DNA of 64,000 nt. It comes from Chthoniobacteraceae bacterium (lineage in GTDB: Bacteria; Verrucomicrobiota; Verrucomicrobiia; Chthoniobacterales; Chthoniobacteraceae). Below are positions 9,970 to 19,941 of this stretch, piece by piece (the first letter of the stretch is position 1; each line of letters starts with the position of its first letter). Both the position numbers and the translations under genes were made by a program. The stretch spans positions 1-64,000 of the forward strand of contig JBBCKI010000010.1 of the NCBI GenBank assembly GCA_037190965.1, in the 5' to 3' direction. Below the pieces are notes generated by a model. The model did no database searches. It was not told the DNA's origin and saw only the letters and a list, made by a program, of their open reading frames with translations.

Positions 9970-10871
9970 AACTTCCGTTGAAAAGAGTTGATGTTTCGCT
10001 GCGGCCGGTACGGTTTCTTTTTGCCTTTGCGGGCTGCGGTGCTTTGGCGTTTGCGTCGACTGCGAATGAGCCTGTCGAAAGTCGGGTGTCTCTGGTTGCG
10101 ATGACCCCGGCGAAGCAGAACACCGACGAGGCCGGGTCGATAGAGCAAGTGCCGCAGGCGCTTCATGTTTTTGGGGGACGGACGGTGGGGATAAACTTCA
10201 GGCTGAAAGGGGAACCCGGTGTCGCTGGCGAGATGGAGGCTCAGTGCTTTGCGGTTGCCGACGGATTGAGAGCGCCCCTTGGGGCGTGGCAGGCACTGGG
10301 TTCCTTTCGCTTGAATGAGAAAGGCGAGGGGGAGTTGTTTGCTGAAGTCCCGGTTTCCAAGCCAGCTCGCCGGATAGGGATCGATGCTCAGCTTCGGGCT
10401 CGGGTTGAATCCGCGGTGGTTCCCGTCGGCTCCGGCCATTTCATGGTTTATCCCGACGATCTTGTTGCTCCCTTGAAAAGGGCGGGCATGACGCTGGGGG
10501 TTTTTGGGGGGAATGAGGCCCTTCGCTCCTTTTTCAAAGAAAAAGAGGTGCCCTTCAAAGAGATGGGTCGTGAGCTTCCGTCGCCATCTTCGGGCGAAAT
10601 GATCCTTATCGGCGATGAAACCGATGTGCGATTCAAGGAATGGCTTCGGCGGCTGCCAACCGATGCGCAAGTTCGGCTGATCGCTTTTGTTCCCGATCCA
10701 ACGGTGTTGCCCGGTGTTTATAGGCAGACGAGCGGCCGACTTGGCGTGACCAAGGTGACTCTTCCGATCTTGCAGAATCTTGCCGACGACCCGCTCCTTC
10801 AGACGTCGTTGGTTCGACTGATTATTGAATCTTACTCCAACAACTCATTGCCCATCTCATCCGACCCATGA
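9966..10871 (+). CDS. Secreted hypothetical protein
   Basis: ATGA-coupled at both ends; signal-like segment FLFAFAGCGALAFA. Confidence 0.6.
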   Translation: MKLPLKRVDVSLRPVRFLFAFAGCGALAFASTANEPVESRVSLVAMTPAKQNTDEAGSIEQVPQALHVFGGRTVGINFRLKGEPGVAGEMEAQCFAVADGLRAPLGAWQALGSFRLNEKGEGELFAEVPVSKPARRIGIDAQLRARVESAVVPVGSGHFMVYPDDLVAPLKRAGMTLGVFGGNEALRSFFKEKEVPFKEMGRELPSPSSGEMILIGDETDVRFKEWLRRLPTDAQVRLIAFVPDPTVLPGVYRQTSGRLGVTKVTLPILQNLADDPLLQTSLVRLIIESYSNNSLPISSDP

Positions 10872-11800
10872 AACCGATTGTCCTGTCCCTACTGCTTTTG
10901 CTGGCCGCCGGCTTTTCGGCTTCTGCGGAGGAGGCCGCACCCGCGGCTCCGCTCACCGTTGCGGTGCTTGATTTCCAAGCTGTCGGAGAAGGGCTAACCG
11001 GGCGCGGAGCGGAGGTGGCTGTTCTTTTGAACGCTCATCTCTCGGCCGCTCCTGAAGTGCTTTTGGTGGAACGTTCGGAAATGGAAAAAATTCTCGGTGA
11101 ACAGGAGCTAGGCCTTTCAGGATTGGTCTCCCAGGATACCTCGGCTAAGCTCGGCGCGCTTATCGGGGCGAAGGTATTGGTGACAGGCCGGTTTTTTCAA
11201 ACGGGTGAAAAATATATGCTCGTGGCGAAAGTAATGAGCACCGAGACCGGGCGCGTCTATGGGGAGACCGCTAGTCTCAGCCATCCCGGTGCGCTTGATA
11301 AGGCGACCGAGGAACTTGCCTCCAAGGTCGCCGGAGTCCTGGAGAAACGAGGGGATACTCTCATTGCCAAAGTCGAGGCGCCGGAAAAGCAGATCGATCG
11401 CTTGAGGAAATCGCTTGAGGGCAAGGTACTTCCCAGTGTCGGGGTTTCGGTCACCGAAGAGCATCTGCGCCGTCCTATCATTGACCCCGCAGTGGAAACA
11501 GAATTGATGCGGTCGCTCCAGAAGCTCGGTTTCAAGGTGATCGATCCCAAAACGTCGAATGAGCGCCCGGATATCCAGATCTCGGGAGAGGCATTCAGCG
11601 AACTTGGCGGGCGGAAAGGCAATCTTGTTTTCTGCCGCGCTCGGGTGGAGTTGAAGGTGACCGCCAATGGCGATTTGCTGTTGGCCGATCGTCAGACCGA
11701 TGTCGGGGTGGATCTGGCAGAGAATGTCGCCGGAAAGAACGCGCTGGAGAACGCCGCCAGACGTCTTCTCGACCGGGTTGTTCCAAAGCTGGTAAAATAG
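10868..11800 (+). CDS. CsgG/HfaB-like protein, secreted
   Basis: Sec signal (ASA). TVAVLDF...LVERSEMEKILGEQEL...AKLGALIGAKVLVTG is a CsgG/TolB_N-like signature. Confidence 0.75.
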   Translation: MKPIVLSLLLLLAAGFSASAEEAAPAAPLTVAVLDFQAVGEGLTGRGAEVAVLLNAHLSAAPEVLLVERSEMEKILGEQELGLSGLVSQDTSAKLGALIGAKVLVTGRFFQTGEKYMLVAKVMSTETGRVYGETASLSHPGALDKATEELASKVAGVLEKRGDTLIAKVEAPEKQIDRLRKSLEGKVLPSVGVSVTEEHLRRPIIDPAVETELMRSLQKLGFKVIDPKTSNERPDIQISGEAFSELGGRKGNLVFCRARVELKVTANGDLLLADRQTDVGVDLAENVAGKNALENAARRLLDRVVPKLVK

Positions 11801-11828
11801 CACGGCATTCACCTGCACAGTCCTCCGA

Positions 11829-14800
11829 ATGACCTGGATCACTTCGTCATCATTGTACGGAAGAAGAGTTTGGCATCTCCTTGGGCTTTGTTTGTTGCTC
11901 ATAGCAAGCCTCGCTCGTGGCGAGGGCGTCCGTCTTGCCATCATAGGCGGGCCCGAACTGGAGAAGGAGAGCCTCTTGCTTTCGGTCTCCTTGTCCGCAA
12001 ATGCAAACCTGGAGATTGTGGAGCGCTCGGAGATCGCAAAGGTGTTTGCAGAGCAAAGCCTGGAGCGGCAAGGGTTTACCGCCCGCGACGGGATTCGGCT
12101 CGGTGCCTTGCTCAAGGCCGATGGGCTGGTGTTGATGGAACGCTCGCAGGAGGAGATTCGGTTGCGGATTGTGGCCGTGAATTCCGGCGCCATCGTGGCA
12201 TTCTTGACGGCACCGATCGCCTCCGGTCGGGAGGAACAATGGAGTTCCAATCAAGCGATGGAGATTGCCCGGGTTGCGCCGAAGCTCAGTCTACCGAGAT
12301 CCGAACTCATCCCGATCTCCCTAATGCAGATCAATTCGGCTGTGGGTGGAACGCGCGGAACGGTACTGGAGGAGAATGTCTATAGCCTGCTTTCAGCGCG
12401 GTTCTCGGCAGATCCGAGAATCGTCGTCTTGGAGCGTGCGCGGCTTCAGGACGCCGTCGCAGAAAAGGAGTTCGGTGCGGAGCAGGGCGCTTTTTGGAAT
12501 AGCGCATGGGTGATTGATGGCACGGTAACGGAGCTTCCCTCGGGGCTCTCTTTGGATCTGCGGCTGCAACCTCCCGGAGGCGACCAGGCTAGCCGCATTC
12601 AGGCTGAAGGTTCGAATCTCGCAGGGCTGGTGGAAGAGGCGAGCGGGAAGGTTCTTCAAACGTTCGGCGGCCTCAGTAAAATCTGGAATCCCGCGAAGGA
12701 AGCGGAGCGTTTCGGAGATGAGGCGATCTGGGCCGCAAGCAATGGTCTGTTGATACAGGCGACACGCGCGATCGAAGCAGCGATCGCACTGGGTGAGTCT
12801 TCCCCGGAGGCTTTGCGTTGGCGCTGGCAATGTTACGAACGCCTGGCAAAGGCGCATTCCGGGCAGGGGAAAAACAGGAAGAGCAGTTCTCAGGATGCGG
12901 AGAAGCCGGGCGCCGTACAGATCGGGCAGATGACGCGATGCCTGGAGCTCTATCAGGAAGCATTGTTGGCAAATGCTTTACCGAAGGATGAGGAGCTTGA
13001 AAACGGAAGGGTTCAACGTCACGGAACCGAGGGAAAGCTCTCCATGAAGCGCTTTGGAAAATTTCCAGGGCCCAATTACGTCGATACCTCCAGGAAATTT
13101 CCGGGTTGGGAAGGATGCTCGCTGCTTCGTACGGCGACGCGGTTGATCCTCGATGTGGAAGGAACGAAGGGCGCTGTCAACGCTGCCGATGAACAGGCAT
13201 TGGTTGCTCTTCGTCGTCAGATCCAGGGGCTTTTTGACGCGATGGTTGCCACGCTGCCGGGCATGACGCTGACTCCCTGTCCGGATGATCGGGTGCCGGC
13301 CTGGAACTCGCGCATCGATCCCGAGACAAGCGGGCCACGGAATGAATCTTTTCCCGGTAATATTCACACCACCCGCCTTGTCTACGGCCGGGTGTGGGTT
13401 AGGGAGCGGGAGCCGCATTTTGCCTATGTCAGGCAGTGCCTGTTGAGCGACCTTCCCGGCGATCCCGACTTCTTTCAGAGGGCGCTCCAGCTTCTCACCC
13501 GTGATGGCTGGCTTGGCGATGAACGGTTACCCAGGAGTTTTGCACTCGAGAAGCGGAAGTGGGGGGAGTCGTTGATCGCAGCAAATAGCCTGCGGTCTCA
13601 GGTGGCGGGATCCTATATTCTTTGCTGGAGCGGAGCCCCCACTCAAGGGTTGAGAATTTTGGAACAGCATAAGGCTCAGTTTCTCAATAACAACATTTCG
13701 GTGGATTACATTATGGGAGCTTTTCGCTTTCATTCTTCGTTGGAAAGCTTGCATATCGATAATCCCGGTGAGTCCCTCAGTCGGGCCGCAGGGGTGCTCA
13801 GGGATCTGGTGGTCTATTTGTTGGATCATGACGCGGCGTTATCTTCAGATGTGATGGGAAGGCTGGGCTGGATATTATTTACCGAGCGGCAGGCCACGGA
13901 ACTGTTGACCGCTTTCAAGGCCTATCAATCGCGTCATCCCTTGTCGGACAAAGATCCTCGGGAGTGGGCTGTGAATTCGCTGCTTACATCCCTGACTCGC
14001 AAATCGGGGGCCGTCGCATTGGATGCGGGACCGGCCTCGCCTCCAGCGGTTTCGGCTTCCCGTAAAACTCCGCGACTCCCGCAGGTTGGGCAGGGGGCCA
14101 AGTCAGGTGACTTGAAACCGCTCCTGATCGAGAAGGCGTGGATGGCACGAAATTATAATGACGCCAATGAACCCGGGGCCATTTGCTACGCTCTCCCAGC
14201 GGGCGATAAAATCTGGCTTCAAGTTGAGTTTCAAAGGAGAGATAAATCGATCCGGCGGCAGTTTTTGACGCTCGATCTGCCCTCTCTCAAGAGCAAGGTT
14301 CTTCATCGTGAGGTGATTCCGGCTGCATTTGCCATGGGCGACAGGGTTGGCCCTACTTTCGCCAGTGATGGAGAAGGAGTCAATTTTTGGAACGGGCGCG
14401 GTATCAGTTACGCCCGGGCAAAGGAGGTTCGCGCCCTGGAAGTTCCCGATCTCAAGAGACCATTTCTATGGCTGGTGGATGGGTTTCTTTATACGGCGGA
14501 TGAAGACGGGGTTCTTCTCAAGATCAATCCGGAAACCAGCCATTATGAGATCCTTGCCAGCAGCCGCAGGCGGCCGCCGCAGAATGCTCTCGATTCGGAA
14601 AAGAATCTTCCGGGCGTCACACGGATTTATCGTGGAGCAAACGGAGGCCTTGCGGTAAAGATCGAGAACAGGGACGTTTACATCTACAGCGAGGCAGAGC
14701 GGAATTGGACGGCTCGTTCGCAGACGCAACTTGATGTCCCGGATCTCCTTGCGGCAATTGACTCCGGGTGGGAAGAGGCGGGGAGGAATTTCACCGGCAT

Positions 14801-15224
14801 CCACATAAACGAATTGCTCAAGAAGCGCGCACCCGAAGACCGCGAGCAAGGACTTCGCAGCCTGCGTCCTGCTCTCCGCTATTTGCCTGTCGAAAGTCGG
14901 GACCATCCAAACGACCTAAGGTTGATGATGACGGTTAAGGCCATCACGGGCGTGGTTTCGAAAACGGAGCTAAAGGCTCTTCTGGGGGATCATCGGCGTT
15001 TTTGGCTTCTTGATCTTAATCTTTCTTCGGACGCCTTTGTTTGTCGCGAGGTGAACTTCAGCCCCGCCTATCAGGCCGCGGCCGACCGATCCTCCGGGCC
15101 GTATAGGCTTATTCCTACTGCCTCAGGCGTCGTTCTCTATGCGCCCAATGCCCCCGTGCTCTGGTTCGTTCCGGTGGGGGATATCTCTCCAGCTTTCTCT
15201 GATGGTGCACCTTCGATCCAATGA
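11829..15224 (+). CDS. Large secreted protein with N-terminal CsgG-like domain(s)
   Basis: 1131 aa with a signal peptide. LEIVERSEIAKVFAEQ...LGALLKADGLV and a second IVVLERARLQDAVAEKE repeat; helical middle; beta-rich C-terminus. Confidence 0.65.
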   Translation: MTWITSSSLYGRRVWHLLGLCLLLIASLARGEGVRLAIIGGPELEKESLLLSVSLSANANLEIVERSEIAKVFAEQSLERQGFTARDGIRLGALLKADGLVLMERSQEEIRLRIVAVNSGAIVAFLTAPIASGREEQWSSNQAMEIARVAPKLSLPRSELIPISLMQINSAVGGTRGTVLEENVYSLLSARFSADPRIVVLERARLQDAVAEKEFGAEQGAFWNSAWVIDGTVTELPSGLSLDLRLQPPGGDQASRIQAEGSNLAGLVEEASGKVLQTFGGLSKIWNPAKEAERFGDEAIWAASNGLLIQATRAIEAAIALGESSPEALRWRWQCYERLAKAHSGQGKNRKSSSQDAEKPGAVQIGQMTRCLELYQEALLANALPKDEELENGRVQRHGTEGKLSMKRFGKFPGPNYVDTSRKFPGWEGCSLLRTATRLILDVEGTKGAVNAADEQALVALRRQIQGLFDAMVATLPGMTLTPCPDDRVPAWNSRIDPETSGPRNESFPGNIHTTRLVYGRVWVREREPHFAYVRQCLLSDLPGDPDFFQRALQLLTRDGWLGDERLPRSFALEKRKWGESLIAANSLRSQVAGSYILCWSGAPTQGLRILEQHKAQFLNNNISVDYIMGAFRFHSSLESLHIDNPGESLSRAAGVLRDLVVYLLDHDAALSSDVMGRLGWILFTERQATELLTAFKAYQSRHPLSDKDPREWAVNSLLTSLTRKSGAVALDAGPASPPAVSASRKTPRLPQVGQGAKSGDLKPLLIEKAWMARNYNDANEPGAICYALPAGDKIWLQVEFQRRDKSIRRQFLTLDLPSLKSKVLHREVIPAAFAMGDRVGPTFASDGEGVNFWNGRGISYARAKEVRALEVPDLKRPFLWLVDGFLYTADEDGVLLKINPETSHYEILASSRRRPPQNALDSEKNLPGVTRIYRGANGGLAVKIENRDVYIYSEAERNWTARSQTQLDVPDLLAAIDSGWEEAGRNFTGIHINELLKKRAPEDREQGLRSLRPALRYLPVESRDHPNDLRLMMTVKAITGVVSKTELKALLGDHRRFWLLDLNLSSDAFVCREVNFSPAYQAAADRSSGPYRLIPTASGVVLYAPNAPVLWFVPVGDISPAFSDGAPSIQ

Positions 15225-18148
15225 ACCTTTTTTTCAGAACCCTCCTTGTTTCCTCCCTATCGATAGGGCTATTTCTGCATCCGGTATCGGCAGATAACCT
15301 GCACGAGATGGTCGAGGCCGTGGAAATGGCCCGATCGAGAAATACCGATAAGCAAACGGTTATTTCGCTTTGCGACAAGATTCTCGAAAGAGATGTCATC
15401 GCCGATTTTTTGACGCACGGGACTTCCCCTGCCTATCAGGCGACAGGAGAGCTTAGCGTGATTGATGAGCTGGGAACCCGGGTGGAAGCATGGAAAGAGG
15501 AGTTGGAGGAGAACCCGAAGTCCGAAAGACTTAACTATCTTCTGGCCATTGCGTCCCGTCACTATCGAGCCAGGCCGAAGCAGACCGGGCGGCTCAATCT
15601 TTACCCTCCAGTGCGCATCAGTATTACCCGCGAAGGAGCGAAGGTTTCCGGTGTGGCAGTCGACAAGGGACGGGATTTTGAGGAGTCCGCCATGCTTGCG
15701 CTGCCTCAGAAGGCGCTGATCGGCCTGGCTGGTAACTACACCACCGGGAAATTCAAGGAAGTGAAGCTTACTGTCAATGGCGCTCCTATCACCAACCCGC
15801 AATGGCAGCCGGTCCAGATCGGCGGAGATTCCACGCGGGGGAAAGTGGAAACTTCGGGTGACGGTCTTCTGCTTACGGGGGTCGGAGCGTTGCCTTCCAC
15901 GGATGTGGCCGATAGTAATTTCTTTGCGTTTTACGAAATGGATGGGGATGGGACTCTGGAGGTGGTTGTCGATGAACTCGGAGACGAGAATGCATATGGC
16001 GCGGTCGGAATCATGATCCGGGGCTCTCTCGATCCTTCCGCCCCCTCCGCTTCAATGATGGTAAAACGCAAGGAGAATGCCGTCAGCTTTTCAGCCAGAA
16101 CGGAACAGAATGAATTGCCTGGATATCTCACCGCGCTTTGCGCTTCGAGACCGTATGATCCCGCTTTTGTGGTGGCATGCCTGCGCGAGATGATTTCGGA
16201 CTGGACTAATATGACCGGAACGGCTTACCAGGCCGCCGAGCGTCTGCTCGAAAAGGAACCAGCCGCTCTATTGAGAGATATCGAGCTTTTCACGGAGGTC
16301 TATTCAAGGAGCTACCATCTTGATCGTCTTTCAAGACATCTCGCTTCCATTCCTGCGCCGACGGACGCGGAGTCGGTTTCCCAATTTGCTTCGGCCTGCA
16401 ATCGATTGGCAGAATCGATGCAAGGGCGAGGCGACCATGAGGAAGCAATCCTGCTCTGGGAGAAGGCTGAGAAGCTGATGCCCGGGTTCACCTCGATTGA
16501 GGATCGTCAGAAGCGAATTATCTCCTATAGAAAGCTGGAGCGTTCCGCCGAGGTTGCCGCCCAATTGAAAAATCTCTTCCTCGGCGGATTGCCTAATGGC
16601 GCACCCATGCGGGATTGGGAGAGACGCTTTGCTGCGGAGGAGATTCTTGGGTTTGTATCTCTCAGCGATCCTGCTCTCGTGCCTGTCTTTGCGCTCTCAT
16701 TTCATTATGCGGCTCACTATGGCGTCGCCCGTGAAATTGCCGACACGCTCGATAAAGTGCAAGGGAGGCCCCAACAGAAGGCCGCTGCGAAGGCGGTGGC
16801 GCTTGCAATGAGAATCGCAGCCCGGGACCCGGTCGTGATTGCCACAGCCAAAAAAGGGGGTGCCGCTTATGCGGCGCAATTGCCCAAAGATCTCCCCGCT
16901 GAGGGACTGGCGATGATTGCCTTTGAACTCCAGCAGTCCAGCGAAGGCCGTTTAGCCGCTTTGTCCGTGATTGATCGTTTGTTGAATATGAAGAGGGATT
17001 CTTTCTCTCGATACTCAAAGGAGGATCTTCTTCTATGGCAACTGCGGCTGGCTGATCTTCACGGAGATCCGAAGATTCAGGGTAAGGCGCTTGCGGCTCT
17101 CATCGCTCATGAGTTCAGCCCGGAAGGGGGTAGCGGGCATGAGGGTGTTTTTTCCGAAGCATTGATGCGTCTTCTCCGGTCGGGCGATCTGGCGGTAGCC
17201 ACGAAGCTGGCAGCGCATCATGAGCAGAAGAACCCGCGCCCCGAGCCTTCCTCGAACGGTCAGCTCTCCCACGCCTTCGGCATGCTTGACCTTTTTCAGG
17301 GGAAGGCGATCCCGATGCCGATCATTTGGACGGCTCCCGCAGGCGACGAGGTCGAAGTTCGGTGGGAGTTTACCCGCGACATTGCCCGGCCCATGTACTA
17401 CCCGGATGCCAGGGCGCTTGGTGCTTCAATTCCGGCACTCGACCGTCGATATACCCTCGATATCCATGCCATCGGGGCAAAGCATCCCGGTGGGGAGATT
17501 CCGGATGATTCCAGGATAGCCTCTCTCCCGGGGGTTGCCAGCACCGGCCAATGGAAGGGAGCGGTTTCCCCGAGGAACCGCTGGCTCATTGCCACGTTTA
17601 CGGACGAGGACGGGAAGGTGCATCGTTCGCCTTCCATTCCGGCGGCCCTGGGGAAGAACCTCATTTCGCCGATCAAGATCGATGAACTCTTGGGTGAGAC
17701 AGGGGCGTGGAGCGCGGATTCCAAATGGTTCTGGGGAGCCCCGTTAAAGGAAGCGTTCCCTGGTAACGGTCTCTTCCTGTCGCGCCTCCAGCCCGGTGTG
17801 GGGCAATTGGCGTTCAAACACAAACGTGTGCCGATCGATCCGGCAGCGGACTATGTCCTCACCGCCTGGATGAAAACCGATAATGGGCAAGGGCCAGCCG
17901 GGGTCAGATACTACGCTGACGCTTCGGTATCAGTTGTCTTTTTCGATGCGAATGGAAAAGAAGTGACCGGATCCCGTGAAGTCGTCTCACTCGCGGGATG
18001 CTGGACTCTGCTCACCGGCCAGTTTGGAGGAAGCAAAGGATGGGGCATTCTCCCGCTCCCACCAGGAGTGACGAGTGCAGAGGTTCGTTTGAGCCTCCGG
18101 ACGCAATGTGAAATCGGGGAAATCGGTTTTTATGAAGTGCCCAAATAG
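15221..18148 (+). CDS. Large secreted helical-repeat protein with ConA-like and CBM-like domains
   Basis: 975 aa, ATGA-coupled, signal peptide. GDGTLEVVV...GIMIRGSLDP.AP motif; C-terminal YVLTAWMKT...VFFDANGKEV galactose-binding-like sandwich. Confidence 0.6.
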   Translation: MNLFFRTLLVSSLSIGLFLHPVSADNLHEMVEAVEMARSRNTDKQTVISLCDKILERDVIADFLTHGTSPAYQATGELSVIDELGTRVEAWKEELEENPKSERLNYLLAIASRHYRARPKQTGRLNLYPPVRISITREGAKVSGVAVDKGRDFEESAMLALPQKALIGLAGNYTTGKFKEVKLTVNGAPITNPQWQPVQIGGDSTRGKVETSGDGLLLTGVGALPSTDVADSNFFAFYEMDGDGTLEVVVDELGDENAYGAVGIMIRGSLDPSAPSASMMVKRKENAVSFSARTEQNELPGYLTALCASRPYDPAFVVACLREMISDWTNMTGTAYQAAERLLEKEPAALLRDIELFTEVYSRSYHLDRLSRHLASIPAPTDAESVSQFASACNRLAESMQGRGDHEEAILLWEKAEKLMPGFTSIEDRQKRIISYRKLERSAEVAAQLKNLFLGGLPNGAPMRDWERRFAAEEILGFVSLSDPALVPVFALSFHYAAHYGVAREIADTLDKVQGRPQQKAAAKAVALAMRIAARDPVVIATAKKGGAAYAAQLPKDLPAEGLAMIAFELQQSSEGRLAALSVIDRLLNMKRDSFSRYSKEDLLLWQLRLADLHGDPKIQGKALAALIAHEFSPEGGSGHEGVFSEALMRLLRSGDLAVATKLAAHHEQKNPRPEPSSNGQLSHAFGMLDLFQGKAIPMPIIWTAPAGDEVEVRWEFTRDIARPMYYPDARALGASIPALDRRYTLDIHAIGAKHPGGEIPDDSRIASLPGVASTGQWKGAVSPRNRWLIATFTDEDGKVHRSPSIPAALGKNLISPIKIDELLGETGAWSADSKWFWGAPLKEAFPGNGLFLSRLQPGVGQLAFKHKRVPIDPAADYVLTAWMKTDNGQGPAGVRYYADASVSVVFFDANGKEVTGSREVVSLAGCWTLLTGQFGGSKGWGILPLPPGVTSAEVRLSLRTQCEIGEIGFYEVPK

Positions 18149-18164
18149 CCAAGTCTAAAGCGCT

Positions 18165-18626
18165 CTAAGGCCGATAATTCGTATATCGCGCCCGTTGCTC
18201 CGGCGTGAGGTTTGCAGGGTCGAATCGCCGGTCAGGGACGTTGTTGATTCGCGAATGGATAACGTTGGCCATATCTTCAGCGGCCCTTTTGATATGGCCT
18301 GCCCGGTCTCCAGTGAATAGTTCGTCCACCGTTTCGTTGAAGAGAGCCAGCCACCGCTCAAAGCGGGGCCAGTCCATTTCGGTCTTGCGGACGAGGTCGA
18401 AGTGAGCACGCAGGGGGTTGCCCTGAAAACCGCCGTTCCCGAAAAGCACTGTCTGCCAGAAGGCGTAGAGCTTGGGAAGGTGCACATTCCAGTCGACCTT
18501 CGCGACATCGGTGAAGATCGGCCCGATAAGATCGTCCGCGCGGACTTTCTCGTAGAAGCGGTCGACCAAAATTTCGATCTCGGGCCTGCCGTTGATGTCG
18601 GGCCGTGTGTCTTCTTCGTGGTTCAT
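18165..18626 (-). CDS. Group III truncated haemoglobin
   Basis: LVDRFYEKVRADDLIGPIF, HLPKLYAFW, FERWLALFNETVDELF.G. Start set at MNHEED. Confidence 0.9.
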   Translation of the reverse strand: MNHEEDTRPDINGRPEIEILVDRFYEKVRADDLIGPIFTDVAKVDWNVHLPKLYAFWQTVLFGNGGFQGNPLRAHFDLVRKTEMDWPRFERWLALFNETVDELFTGDRAGHIKRAAEDMANVIHSRINNVPDRRFDPANLTPEQRARYTNYRP

Positions 18627-18636
18627 AGATTGATGA

Positions 18637-19848
18637 TTATGACACTTTTTCCAACTCCTGCCGGGGGCCAAAGAATTCGAAATGAACCTGCGAAGCGGGG
18701 ATACCCCACTTCAGGAGATGATGATAGATGCCGACCATGAAAGGCTTGGGTCCGCAGAAATAGTAATCCGCATCCCGCCCGGGCAGCAAGCCCTCCAGCA
18801 GTTCCGCATCGATGAATCCCTCGCTGTGGTGCTGTGCCTGGATGCGGTCCTGCTCGGTGGCTTCGCTATAGCGATAATGCACCTTCAGGTTGGGGTGCTT
18901 GCTCTCCAGGTCGCTCACGAGATTCCGAAAGGCGTGAACCTGCCCATTGAGAGCCCCATGCACGAAATAGACCGGCCTGCCGGGCTGCGTGGCCAGGGCG
19001 GTGGTGAGAATGCTTAGCATGGGGGTGATCCCCACGCCTGCCGAAATGAGCATGAGCGGCCGCTCGTGCTTTTCGGAGGGGTCGAGGAAGAACTCTCCGC
19101 ACGGAGGCCCGAGTTCGATTTCATCCCCTTCCTGGATCTCTTCGTGAAGGTAGGCGGAGGCAAACCCTTGCGGTTCGCGCTTGACGCTGATGCGGAGACG
19201 ATCTTCGCCCGGAGCATTGGAGATGCTATAGTTGCGCATCGTGGTCCCGCTTGCGGGATGCGGAAGCCGTACCGTGATGTATTGGCCTGGTTTGAAGGCG
19301 GGAACACCTCTGCCTGAAGCGGGCTCCAGGTGAAAGGAGGTAATCACTTCGCTCTCCTTGACCTTGCAGGCCACGCGGAAAGGCTTGAAACCGCTCCAGC
19401 CTTTCTTCGCGTCGGTTTGATCCGAGTAGATCTGCTTTTCCCTCCCGATCAGAATATCGGCCAGAAAACCATAGGCTTCCGCCCACGCCTCGATGACTTC
19501 CTCGGTCGCTCCCTCGCCAAGCACCTCGCGGATGGAGGCGAGCAGGTTCGCGCCGACGATGGGGTAGTGTTCGGGAAGAATGCGGAGAGAGGCATGTTTC
19601 TGGGCGATCAACTCGACGGCTCCTCCCAGGACCTCCAGATTGTCGATATTGGCGGCATAAGCGCAGATGGCGGCTGCCAGCGCCTTCTGCTGAGAGCCTC
19701 CCGCCTGATGGGCCGGATTGAACAGGGGAGCCACCTCGGGGTTGTGGCTGAACATTCGCTTGTAAAAGTGACGGGTCAGCGTTTCTCCGTGCTGCTCCAG
19801 AATGGGTGCGGTGGCCTTGACGATTTCGATGGTACGAGGGTTCAACAT
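18637..19848 (-). CDS. hmp: Flavohaemoglobin (NO dioxygenase)
   Basis: Start MLNPRTIEIVKATAP gives 403 aa. Globin (IAQKHASL, HYPIVG), FAD (PGQYI, RNYSIS) and NAD (SAGVGITP, FCGP, EFFGP) motifs. Confidence 0.93.
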   Translation of the reverse strand: MLNPRTIEIVKATAPILEQHGETLTRHFYKRMFSHNPEVAPLFNPAHQAGGSQQKALAAAICAYAANIDNLEVLGGAVELIAQKHASLRILPEHYPIVGANLLASIREVLGEGATEEVIEAWAEAYGFLADILIGREKQIYSDQTDAKKGWSGFKPFRVACKVKESEVITSFHLEPASGRGVPAFKPGQYITVRLPHPASGTTMRNYSISNAPGEDRLRISVKREPQGFASAYLHEEIQEGDEIELGPPCGEFFLDPSEKHERPLMLISAGVGITPMLSILTTALATQPGRPVYFVHGALNGQVHAFRNLVSDLESKHPNLKVHYRYSEATEQDRIQAQHHSEGFIDAELLEGLLPGRDADYYFCGPKPFMVGIYHHLLKWGIPASQVHFEFFGPRQELEKVS

Positions 19849-19902
19849 AACTATGAGCATCCTTCCGGCTGCCCCGTTCGGTGGCGAGAAGAGGAAAATC
19901 TG

Positions 19903-19922
19903 TTTGTGACATAAGTCACAAA
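19903..19922. promoter_or_regulatory. Crp/Fnr-family (HcpR-like) operator
   Basis: Palindrome TTTGTGAC-ATAA-GTCACAAA (TGTGA-N6-TCACA) between the divergent hmp and Crp/Fnr genes. Confidence 0.75.
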
Positions 19923-19941
19923 TCGGCAAAATTAGCGGGAT

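Noticed and set aside
10868..15224. Bona fide curli secretion system
   Set aside because: No curlin repeats or CsgE/F are visible, and the 310 aa protein lacks an obvious lipobox Cys.
8726..18148. Prophage or ICE integrated at the tRNA 3' end
   Set aside because: No intact integrase, phage or conjugation genes, and no duplicated tRNA 3' end was spotted in the window.
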